From Chiloscyllium plagiosum (lineage: Eukaryota), in assembly GCF_004010195.1 (NCBI RefSeq), contig NC_057749.1:14852390-14887066 (forward strand): 34,677 nucleotides of DNA, in the 5' to 3' direction. Below are positions 11,345 through 21,318 of the stretch, in pieces. The notes under the pieces were generated by a model that was given only the letters and a program-made list of their open reading frames with translations, was not told the DNA's origin and made no database searches. Position 1 is the first letter of the stretch, and each line of letters starts with the position of its first letter. The position numbers and the translations under genes were made by a program.

Positions 11345-11705
11345 TTAGGGGGAGGTGGTTTGTCACTGGCATAGTCATCCACAGGACCCAATTATTGCCA
11401 CGGGCACCCAGGTTCATATCCCACCATGACCGCTGGTGGAATTCAAATTCAATAAGATAATAAAATCTGGAATTTAAAACTGACCGTGATAATGATCATC
11501 AGTTTCTGTAAAAACCCATCTCATTCACTAATGTCCTTCAGGCAAGGAAATCTGCCATCCTTACCCAGTCTGGCCGACAGTGACTCCAGGACCTGCAGCC
11601 AATGGGGTTGACTCCCTGAAATAGCCCAGCAAGGCACTGAGTCCAAGGGCAATAACAGCAGGACAACGAAAGTTGACCAGCAATGCCCACATGCCACATG
11701 ATTTT
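11345..11705 (+). mobile_element. tRNA-derived SINE (family 'B', diverged)
   Basis: cccaggttcatatcccacc...ggtggaattcaaattcaata...ttcactaatgtccttcaggcaaggaaatctgccatccttaccc...gcaatgcccacat. Confidence 0.75.
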
Positions 11706-12769
11706 TTAAAAAAATCTGGAATATTCTGCATGAGACAGTAGTGAAAGCAGAATTTTAGGAGGAACTGGATTGGATAAACACTTGAAAGGAAAATGTTGCA
11801 GGGCCACGGGGAAAGGCTGGGCTGTTGTGGAGTTTTTCATAGAAACTAGCACAGCTGAATGGCCTTGTTCTGTAACTGTACAATCATTGACCCACTTGTA
11901 ACAGTAAAACGATAACAGCAAAGGCAGTGCGATAAACTGTAATTTACTAAACTCCGAAACCTTAGCTCTTCATCAGGGAGTAAGCTGTGTCTCAAGACTT
12001 CATTCTCGTGCTGTTCACCTCAGATTTATTTTCTCCAGATACCAAACATATTTGGAAAACAGATTTGAAATTATACCACCAGGCACTCCTTCTATTTTTG
12101 CAGATCAGAAATATTACACTCCCACCCACCGTGAACAACTGACTGAGATGCCACAATCAGTTCATAGCACGCAGCCCCATGACACCCAGTTCAAGAGGAG
12201 TTTGCAGTAAATCCTGCCCCCTCTCTGTCTCTGTCTCTCTCTGCCTCTCAGCCCCTTAATCTCTCTCTTTCTCCCCCTCCTCTCTTCCCCCCACCTCCTT
12301 CTCACTGTCAATTTCTCCCCCAAGGCCTTAAATCTCTCTCCTTCTCTGTCTCTCACTCTCTTCCCCCATCTCTCTCTTCCTTCCCCTCTGTCTCTCTCTT
12401 CCACCCTCCCCCCGTATCTCTCCCTCTCTCACACCCACACCCAGCATTCCTCAGTTTGACAGATTTCGATTTTTTTTTTATTCCTCTTCGATCATGGTGT
12501 TGGATTTATGACATATTGTGTAAGAGTCCACATCTGCTGCAAGTGCTTGGGGAATCTGCCCGGGATCGCAATAATGTGCACGGAATTACAGCATTAACAA
12601 ATCACACCTGTTCCTGGTTTTATGATTGTCAAGCAGCCAGTGCCTGCTGGAGGTGGAATGCAGCTGCTGCTGTTTTTGTGAAGAATTTGCTGCTGTTTAC
12701 GAGAGGAAAAAAGAGGTGATTTCTCCCCATTTTTAAACACAGTGTCTACAGCAAACACTGTATTGCAAA

Positions 12770-13408
12770 GGGTTAGATATAGAGTAAAGCTCTCTCTACC
12801 CCACTTCAACCAACCCCCCCCACCTCCCCCCTACCCGCCAAACACTCCCAGGACAGGGACAGCACGGGGTTAGATACAGAGTAAAGCTCTCTCTACACTG
12901 TCCCCCATCAAACACTCCCAGGACAGGGACAGCACGGGGTCAGATACAGAGTAAAGCTCCCTCTACACTGTCCCCCATCAAACACTCCCAGGACAGGGAC
13001 AGCATGAGGTTAGAAACAGAGTCAAAAAGTGTGGTGCTGGAAAAGCGCAGCAGGTCAGACAGCATCCGAGGAGCCGGAGAGTCGATGTTTTGGGCACAAG
13101 CTCTTCACCGGGAATGTTCCTGATGAAGCGTGTTTGCCTGAAACGTCGACTCTCCGGCTCCTCGGATGCTGTCTGACCTGCTGTGCTTTTCCAGCACCAC
13201 ACTTTTTGACACTGATCTCTAGCAGCTGGAGTCCTCACTTCCTCCTTAGATACAGGGTAAATCTCCTTGTACACTGCCCCCAACAAACACTCCCAAGGAC
13301 AGACACAGCATGAGGTTAGATACAGGGTAAATCTCCTTGTACACTGCCCCCAACAAACACTCCCAAGGACAGACACAGCGTGAGGTTAGATACAGGGTAA
13401 ATCTCTCT
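12770..13408 (+). repeat. 70-bp minisatellite array interrupted by a Penelope palindrome
   Basis: Unit caaacactcccaggacagggacagcacggggttagatacagagtaaagctccctctacactgtcccccat; period 70 (12841/12911/12981 and 13246/13316/13386). Confidence 0.92.
13021..13245. mobile_element. Penelope-derived palindromic mini-element
   Basis: 65-bp arms at 13021-13085 and 13146-13210 match at 64/65; degenerate CTGATGA...GAAACGTC at 13120-13147; tail ...gtcctcacttcctcc. Confidence 0.85.
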
Positions 13409-14405
13409 GTGTTCATCCCCCAGTTGGTGTGTTCTTCTCTCCCTCTGTCTCTACTTGTCCCCTTTGTGCTATTTTGCCACTCTGGTGCTCACTGTGGCCT
13501 TTTTGTTTCTGACTTTATTCTGAAGTTAAGTCTGCATTAACAGCCTAAACATTGGCAGTTGTTCAGCAACCTCCATATGTGCTCCTGCATCCGAGCTCTC
13601 AGTGACAAATCCCACAGCTATTCCTGCAATAAAGAGCCTCCAACATTGCCGTGTACCTCCCAGGGGTGAAAATGCATGCAGTCTCTTGAATTCAGGTATC
13701 ACTAGTTCTGTGTAACCCGTACTCCAGCTCCTCCCATCCATGCTGAAGGTGATCACTATCTTACCTAACATCTCCCTGCTTAGGTGTGAATCGCTGTTTC
13801 TGGCAGACTATTCACCTCTGGGGCCATCACACCTGGCTTGATCCTGTTTTCATTCCTCTTTCCAGTGTCACTGGCTGGGCCAGCATTTATTGCTCATCCC
13901 TAGTTTTTTTTCCCTGAGAAGGGAATTCTGTCCGGTGTTTTTTTTTTGCCTGAAGCTGAACTAACAGCAGTTATCAGAGAAACTAAAAGCAGCTCCAGCT
14001 GGAGTTTAACCTGAGACCTGGGACGGTGTGAGGGACACTGCCCCTTTATTTCCTGGAGGGTTGGACAAGATGTTCTCCCATTGAGAGTATTTCTGTTGCA
14101 ACCTATCTCAGCACAGCCCCAGATACATTACTACAAAGATCGGTGGCTGTTTTTGCACACAGCACAGACGCAAGAAATAGGAACAGAAGTAGACCATTCA
14201 GCCCACTGATTCTGCTATCCCATTCAATATAATCTTGGCTCACTGTGGGCCTCAACTCTACCTTTCCACCCACCAAACATTTTCCCTGGATTCCCTTTGA
14301 CCAATAATATGCTGAACCTAGCCGTAGGTATCTCTGATAGGGCATTCACATCCTTCTGGGGGAGAGGAATGCCAGAGATTCACAAGCCTTTGAGTAAATG
14401 CATTC

Positions 14406-14920
14406 AGTCATCGAGTCATACAGTACACATACAGACCTCTCAGTCCAACTCGTCCATGCTGACCACGTTTCCCAACTGAACTCGATGCATTTACCAGCAT
14501 TTGGCCCAGATCCCTTTCCTATTCAGGTACCTGTCCAAATATCTTCTAAATATTGTAATTGTACCTGTACTTACCTCTTCCTCTGGCAACTCGTTCCATA
14601 CACGCACCACCCCCTTTTGTAAAGAAGTTGCCCCTCAGGTCCCTTTTAAATCTTTCCCCTCTCACCTTAACTCCATGCCCTCTAGTTTTGAACTCCCTTA
14701 CCCTGGGGATAAGACCTGGGCTATTCACCTTATCTGGGCCCCTCATGATTTTATAAACCTTTATAAGGTCACCCCTCCTGTACTCCAGTGACAAACGTCC
14801 CAGCCTCTCCTTCCAACTCAAACTCTCCAGTCCCATTAATATCCTTGCAAATCTTTCCTGAACACTCTCCAATTTAATAATATCCCTCCTGGAGCAGGGC
14901 AACCAGAGCCGGACAGAGTG
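14406..14920 (-). mobile_element. CR1 LINE 3' fragment (older CR1 tail at ~14170-14400)
   Basis: Minus-strand ORF RRDIIKLESVQERFARIL...RRGDLIKVYKIMRG...KTRGHGVKVRGERFKRDLRGNFFT. Confidence 0.92.
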
Positions 14921-15004
14921 CGCCACGTCTCGAACATAAATGCTCGGCCCCTGATCCTGAAACTGTCCTCCCCAGTGTTTGAGGTTAACTGACCTGAGTG
15001 CAGT

Positions 15005-15173
15005 AGGAGCAAATTCCTGCAGACGCTGGAATCTGTACTGAAAACAACAAATGCTGGAGATCACAGTGGGTCAGACAGCATCCATCAGATGAAGAGCCAT
15101 CAAGACTTAGCCTGCTCTCTCTCTCCATGGATGCTGTCTGAGCTGTTGGGATCTCCAGCATTTGTTGTTTTCA
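15005..15173. mobile_element. Penelope-derived fold-back mini-element (fourth family)
   Basis: Arms ctgaaaacaacaaatgctggagatc...cagacagcatccat / atggatgctgtctg...gatctccagcatttgttgttttcag; flanked by gacctgagtg(c/t)agt at 14991-15004 and 15174-15187. Confidence 0.75.
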
Positions 15174-15669
15174 GACCTGAGTGTAGTGATGGCTATGAAG
15201 TGTTCCTATTCTTATGGTCCAAGTCTGGAGAATTTGAAGACAGTCCAGGGACTGTTAATACTGGCCTGAAGAGGCCTCTCTATTATATGTCTCACTGGAG
15301 GACAATTCTAAGCTTTCCAGTTCAGTCATATCTCCGCTTTCCCATCAAGTCTAGCAGCTCATGGGAATTCAGTCTTGTATCGCCCATGCAGGTGGGGACA
15401 TCACTAACCTCCAACCCCCATCTCAGCTCCAACACGTTCTGGGGAGTGAGGTGAATTGAGATGGTGCCGTTCACTAGACCAGCAGGAGGATCCCACAGCT
15501 CCGATCTCACTCTTTCTCCTTCTCAGATTTTATCTCTCTTGCTTTACTCTGCAGCGTTTTCTGAGTCTTCTCTGCTCAACCTTGCCTGACTGTTCTCGTT
15601 TCTCTTTTCTCCCTCCTGTTTGTCCTCTCCTCCCCATCCCCCCTTCCCCCCCACTGCCTCCCTCTACAG

Positions 15670-15837
15670 TAGAGATTAAGGTAATTAAAGAGCTTCCCTG
15701 GCCTCCACCAGTGGGACAACTGGACAGCGGCACTGAAGGGGAGCTGCGGGTTTCTCATTGCCACCTCCTGCACCAGCACCAGCAGCAGCACCAGCAGCCC
15801 CAGCAGCAGCAGCCGCCTGGGTCTGAAGACACCAGTG
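15670..15837 (+). CDS. SHF: SH2 domain-containing adapter protein F, internal coding exon (phase 1-1, likely cassette)
   Basis: Long polypyrimidine tract ending ctacag|, donor G|gtgggt, 168 nt. Peptide (V)EIKVIKELPWPPPVGQLDS...GSEDTS matches remembered human SHF VDIKVIKDLPWPPPVGQLDS...SLEDSS and splices in frame to 34153. Confidence 0.88.
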
Positions 15838-16124
15838 GTGGGTCCAAGAATTCAGTCAGTTCTGGTCTAAAGTGTAACTGCTTTAAATGAAGAGTTGGAG
15901 GGGAGGGAGGGGTGTGGGAGGGATTTGTGTGGGGTATGGAGAGACCCTGGCTTTGTTTTGGGGATGTCAGTGTGTGTGGACTGTGAGACGGCTCTGGGTC
16001 TTTATGTAAACTGATCCGTTCCAGATTCCCGCTCTCCCGCAGTGTCCCAGAAACCACCCCCGCCCTCACCACACCCTGTGAATTGGTCACAGAGCCTGTC
16101 TTCACCCCAACCCCACCCCCACCA

Positions 16125-16385
16125 AACACACTCATTCAGCCACACACTTTCACGCTCACAAGCACTCATACACACTCTCATTCACTCTCTCAAACACACT
16201 CACCGACGCTTACACTCATAGAAATACACACCCACTCACACATGCACACTCACTCACAGACACATTCACACACTTACATATTGACTCAGAAACTTTCACA
16301 TCTACACACACACACACAACAGACTCAAGCACACAGACGTTCACGCTCATACATGCGCTCGCACACACACACTGTCTCACACAAA
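16125..16385. repeat. Degenerate (CA)-rich low-complexity tract
   Basis: Direct read. Confidence 0.85.
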
Positions 16386-16599
16386 CAGCTGCTTGTTTTG
16401 CGATTGGAGAAAAGGTACCAGCAAATTATTTTGAGCCAATTTCTCTCTTCCTTAACCACATTCTTCCCCCCCCCCCCCCCCCCCCCGCCCACCTCCGCTC
16501 AACTTTGCCAAGTTGCTTTGTGATCACAATATGTCCAACAAGATGACATATTGACAATGGTGAGTAACAGAGTGGATAGAGAGAGCTGATCCTAATAGC

Positions 16600-16865
16600 A
16601 CGGGTCTGTCAGGAACTAGAGAGCATGGATTTAAGACCCAGAGGGGAGATGAGAGTTTAAACACACCAGGGTGATGACGATCTGGGTCACACTGTCTCAA
16701 AGAGCAACAGAACTGACTGAATATTCACTTTCAAAATCAGAATTGGATAAATACTTGAAAAGAACAGGGCTGTGGGGAAAGAGTGTGACTAAGGGGAGAG
16801 CTCTATTGAAGAGCCAGTACAGGAACAATGGGCTGAAAAGCCTCATGCACTGTGTGAGTCTGTGA
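16600..16865 (+). mobile_element. Degraded CR1 3' fragment
   Basis: aactagagagcatggatttaag...gatctggg...ttggataaatacttgaaa...aatgggctgaa. Confidence 0.6.
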
Positions 16866-17434
16866 TCCCATTGGAGGAGCCGGATTGGGCCACTAAGATT
16901 CCACTTAAATGTCCTATCGGAGTCATTGGGTCGGATTCAGATTCAATATCTACGTTAGATCAGAGCCAAATAATCTCAAGCCATTACAGCTGATTGATGT
17001 TGATCAGTCCTGTGGTGAAAGCTTCGAATCCCCATTAAAGCCATGAGATTTGGACTAAAGTTGGAGAATGGGGATTCTCGCTCTAACCAATAGGTAACCA
17101 AGTTTTGGGGTAAGTTATCAGGGAAGGTTGAGCTTGCTGCTTCTGTTCAAGAAATCTCTGTACTTGATCGCTCACACATAATGTTGTAAAGACCAAAGGT
17201 CTACACAAGCTACTGGAAAAATCAGTTATCCTGCCAGTTCTTAAAATTATGCTATCTACTCCAAATGCATTAGGACCCAGGTTGTAATAACATGCTGAAC
17301 CCTGGATCTCAAGTTTGAAGTAAGATTTAGACTGAAAGCACAGGTGGATGTTAGAATTATAAGTAGAAGTGAGCAACTCTTACCCAACTTTTACTCTCAC
17401 CAGCAAGTCCTTCCTCTCAACCTTTTTAAAATAT

Positions 17435-17591
17435 TAATCTGTGGGATGTGGGTGTCACTAGCATTTGCTGCCTGTCCCTAGTTGCCCCTTGGGAAAGTAG
17501 GAGTGAGCTGCCTTCCTGAACCGCAACACTCCACGTGCTGTAGGTTGACCCGCAATGCCCTGAGGGAGGCAATTCCAGGATTTTGACCCAA
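17435..17591 (-). mobile_element. 3' end of a CR1/L2-group LINE (same family as 31715-32112)
   Basis: Reverse complement gggtcaaaatcctggaattg...gggcattgcgggtcaacctacagcacgtgg...gggcaactagggacagg. Confidence 0.75.
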
Positions 17592-18391
17592 ATATCTGTC
17601 CTCCAAAAGGTCGTCATCTGAATTTGAGTCTTTTTATCTTTCTCTGCCTCCATGTACCTCCTCATGTTAGTTTTCACGTAGTATTACATCAACTTTATAG
17701 CAATAAAGCAGGCCCTTCAGCCCATCAGGTCCAACCCTGCCCCAGGGTTGAAAATCTGACCGATTGATGAATATGTAATGGAGTTACTAAATATATTTTT
17801 CTGTTGCATGACTTGAGCTGCACAAAGGAAATAGAATGGACAGCTGGGGGATTCCCTGCTGCTGAAAGGGGATATGAGACCCTCTCTCTGCGTCGAAGTA
17901 TACACCTATGTATCCTTTCTCCTGTCTTCCATTTCTCTGATGAAGGCAAGTCCTGGGTGATTATTCACTGAATCATAGTGTGATTTAAGGGTGTGATGGG
18001 AAGGTTGGCCCCTGCTGGAACAGAATTTGAATCCCTTGGGAACAGCATTGATTTGATCCATTCACTAGACACATAGCCAACTAAACTAACTGTCCAACCA
18101 CCTCTTCCACCACTGCCCCTACCAAGCCAGCACTCTCCCATCCTTTCCTCCTTCAGGTACTTATCCAGTTTCACCACTATTAATGTCAACCACACCTTCA
18201 CCTTGTAGATGATTAATATTATAACTTGGATTATAAACTCAGGCGTATTGTTTGTTCATGGGACGTGGAGCATCAGTGATAAGGCCAACATTTATTCCCC
18301 AGAAAGCATTAAAGAGTCACCCAGATTGTTGCAGGTCTGGAGTCATAGTAGACTAGACCAGGGATGAACTCAACAATCGACAATGTTTACC

Positions 18392-18508
18392 TAGAGTCAT
18401 AAAGTTGTACAGCCTGGAAACAGACCCTTTGGTCCAACTCGTCCATGCTGACCAAATATCCTAACCTAATCTAGTGCCATTTGCCAGCACTTGGCCCATA
18501 TCCCTCTA
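18392..18508 (-). mobile_element. CR1 3' tail
   Basis: tagagtcat...acagaccctttggtccaactcgtccatgctgacc...ttggcccatatccctcta. Confidence 0.8.
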
Positions 18509-18742
18509 CTATTAGTCCTGCTCTTTATTCTAAATTTTTTAAAATGCAAATTTCACCACAGATTCACAGAATTGTTCTGGTGAAGAAGGAGGCCATTCAG
18601 CCCATCAGTCTATACCATTTTGGTTACCCTTCCTTTTCCCCATCTCCCTGCACACTATTTCTATCCAAATAATTATCCAGTGTCCATCGTGAATGCCTCA
18701 GTTGAACCTGCTTCCACCACTTTTCCAGGCAGTGTATTCCGT

Positions 18743-19325
18743 TAGCGAGTTTTGAGAAGATTTGTAGCTCAGGTTGAAATTCTGGATGTAGGTTTGCTCG
18801 CTGAGCTGGGAGGTTCATCTTCAGACGTTTTGTCACCCTACTAAGTGGGACCAAACTGGATGGCATGGTGGCTCAGTGGTTAGCACTGCAGTCTCACAGC
18901 ACCAGGGTCCCAGGTTTGATCCCAGCCTCGGGTGACTGTCTGCGTGGAGTTTGCACATTCTCCCCGTGTCTGCGTGGGTTTCCTCCGGGTGCTCTGGTTT
19001 CCTCCCACAGTCCAAAAGATGTGCAGGTCAGGTAAATTGGCCATGCTAAATTGCCCGTAGTGTTAGATGCATTAGTCAAGGGAAAGTGGGTCGCTCTTCG
19101 GAGGGTTGATGTGAACTGGTTGGGCCGAAGGGCCTGTTTCCACACTGTAGGTAATCCAATCTAAATCTTCAGTGAGCCTCCGGATGAAGCGCTGGTGGTG
19201 TAGCCTGCTTTCTATTCATATGTTTGGGCTGCCTTGGATTGGTGATGTCATTTCCTGTGGTGACATCATCTCCTATGGTGATGTCATTTCCTGTTCTTTT
19301 TCTCAGGGGGATGGTAAATGGGATC
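18743..19325 (-). mobile_element. Penelope-like terminal fragment (fifth family) containing an HE1
   Basis: agatttgtagctcaggttg...gctcgctgagctgg...ttcagacgtttt|HE1|atcttcagtgagcctccgg; 13-bp duplication cagt(g/a)tattccgt at 18730-18742 and 19326-19338. Confidence 0.65.
18858..19164 (+). mobile_element. HE1-type V-SINE, full length, low divergence
   Basis: ggcatggtggctcagtggttagcactgc...gggccgaagggcctgtttccacactgtaggtaatccaatctaa. Confidence 0.95.
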
Positions 19326-19640
19326 CAGTATATTCCGTATCCTAATTACTCGCTGGGTGAGAAAGGGTTTTTCTCATATCACACTCTCGCTTCCTTTGCA
19401 CATCACTTTAAATCAATGCCCTCGCATTCTTTTACCAGCAGGAGCAGCTTGAGCCTATCTACTCTATCCAAGATTTGCTGTGCTGGGATTTGAAGTCATA
19501 TTACCAGAACACTGGAATTTGTCGTTCTGGATTTACTAATCCAGTGACATTATCATTATACTAATACCTCCCCCCCCCCCCCCAAATCAATTTCACAGCT
19601 TTTTTTTAGTGTGTCTTGTGGTGAACAATAAACTGTTTCT

Positions 19641-19787
19641 AGGCAAAAGTGAGGACATGCAGATGCTGGAAACTGCAGTTTAGATTATAATGGTGCTGGA
19701 AAAGCACAGCAGGTCAGGCAGCATCCGAGGAGCAGGAAAATCGACATTTCGGGCAAAAGCCTGATAAAGGGCTTTTGCCCGAAATGC
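19641..19787. mobile_element. Penelope-derived mini-element with exact 15-bp target-site duplication
   Basis: caataaactgtttct at 19626-19640 and 19788-19802; body aggcaaaagtgaggac..gcagatgctgg...catttcgggcaaaagcc / ggcttttgcccgaaatg. Confidence 0.85.
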
Positions 19788-20642
19788 CAATAAACTGTTT
19801 CTGTTACGTCTTCGGACTAAATCTGAATTCAGCTGGGTTTGGCCAAAGGTATATTTGTTCCTTTTCATATTCACTGTACTTGCCTAGTTAACCATCCCAT
19901 TTCCTTCATACAGCTCAAGTCACAGAATATAAACATCCATCCAGCCACCATGTCAAATGCTTGCTTACCGTTATGAGTATCACATGCCACGTTTGTCAAA
20001 TACCATTCAACAGGTTCACCAGGATGTAGGAAATGGAAGCTGAGGTGTGAGGCAATTTGATTTGCTTCTGGACAGGTTTGGGGTGTTACGAAGGGAAGTG
20101 AGGTGCAAAGAAAGATGAATAATACAGCAGGACACTAAGTAAGTAGAGATGAGGGCTAGATGCAGTGAGGAAACAGAGCAGTGGGATGGGAGATTAATAA
20201 AAGTGGAATAACAGCCCTCTGTACCCCAAAGAAAACTTGTGTTCTTCTTTAAATAAAAAAAACCCTACCAATCAGCACAACGGACAATTCCTCGCATTCC
20301 TTTGTATATCTTTTATAGGGTAAGCTCCTGGCTCCTCCTGTCAACAGCTATATCGTGTCAAGCCATAACCTTCCAAATTCTCCCACATTATGAATCTAAC
20401 CACCTCAATAATATAGTTCCTGTGGTATCAGATCAGTACACTGGCAAAGCAGGATGAGTGCTTACCAACATACCAAAACAGATCAAAGTGGTGCATTGTG
20501 GGACAGTGTTATTAATTGAATATAATATTGATATTTCTGGTATTGAGTGCCAAGCTGGACTTTTACATCAAATGATGATTTTTGATATTTTGGTGAGAGA
20601 AGTTGGATTTTGTTTTAATGTGATTCACTCTGATAGTACAGT

Positions 20643-21070
20643 GCAGTACCAAGAGAGTGCTACATTGTCAGAGGGTGAGCACCGAGAGAGTGCTGCACTG
20701 CCAGAGGGTCAGTACTGAGGGAGTGCCACACTGTGGGAGGGTCAGTGCTGAGGGAGTGCCGCACTGTCAGAGGGTCAGTACTGAGGGAGTGCTGCACTGT
20801 CAGAAGGCCAGTGCTGAGGGCGTGCTGCATTGTCGGAGGGTCAGTGCTTAAGGAGTGCTGCACTGTCGGAGGGTCAGTGCTTAAGTAGTGCTGCACTGTC
20901 GGAAGGTCAGTACCGAGGGAGTGCCGCACTGTCAGAGGGTCAGTACTGAGGGAGTGCCGCGCTGTCAGAGGGTCAGTACTGAGGGAGTGCTGCACTGTCG
21001 GAGGGTCAGTATTGAGGGAGTGCCGCCCTGTCGGAGGGTCAATACCAAGGGAGTGCCGTACTGTCAGAGG
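20643..21070 (+). repeat. 33-bp minisatellite (~12-13 units)
   Basis: Unit gtcagtactgagggagtgctgcactgtcagagg; 11-aa periodicity in the ORF track. Confidence 0.95.
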
Positions 21071-21318
21071 AGCTGCCTTTCAGAAGGGGCTTCCAAGTGC
21101 TGACTCCTATCTAAGGATCCTGCAGCACTATTTTAAAAAGGTATTGAGGGTAACTTTTCAGGTGTCCTGGCCAACATTTATTCCTTATTCTCCCAGATCA
21201 CCGTGCTGTTTGTAGGAGCTTGCTGTATGCAAGCTGCTGCATTTCAAATATTACAATAGTGGCTGCAATTCATCAAGTACTTCATAGGTTGAAAAGTGCC
21301 ATGGGATGTCCTGAACTG
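21071..21318 (+). mobile_element. Deu-domain SINE body and tail, continuous with the 33-bp array
   Basis: ggtgtcctggccaacatttattcc...ggagcttgctgtatgcaa...attacaatagtggctgcaattc..aagtacttcataggttg...gggatgtcctgaa. Confidence 0.75.

Larger units (their letters stand above)
18562..19470 (-). mobile_element. Old CR1 3' fragment split by a nested insertion (CR1 parts ~18562-18742 and 19339-19470)
   Basis: aggccattcagcccatc...cttccaccacttttccaggcagtgtattcc resumes as tattccgtatcctaattactcgctgggtg. Confidence 0.65.

Noticed and set aside
15670..15686. Microexon using the internal AAG|gtaatt donor
   Set aside because: The 11- and 8-nt versions shift frame and the 6-nt version creates a stop; the downstream peptide matches SHF, so the long exon is preferred.
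15456..15890. Stand-alone 144-aa gene
   Set aside because: Its first ~70 codons are the intronic polypyrimidine tract; only 15670-15837 matches SHF.
16528..16566. ATG|gtgagt donor with a small hairpin (caatatgtc/gacatattg) as an extra exon
   Set aside because: In-frame stop in the phase needed to join 34153, no clear acceptor, and consensus donors are common by chance.
20643..21070. CRISPR-like array (33-bp repeats)
   Set aside because: Units are head-to-tail with no unique spacers, there are no cas genes, the context is eukaryotic, and the unit derives from a SINE.
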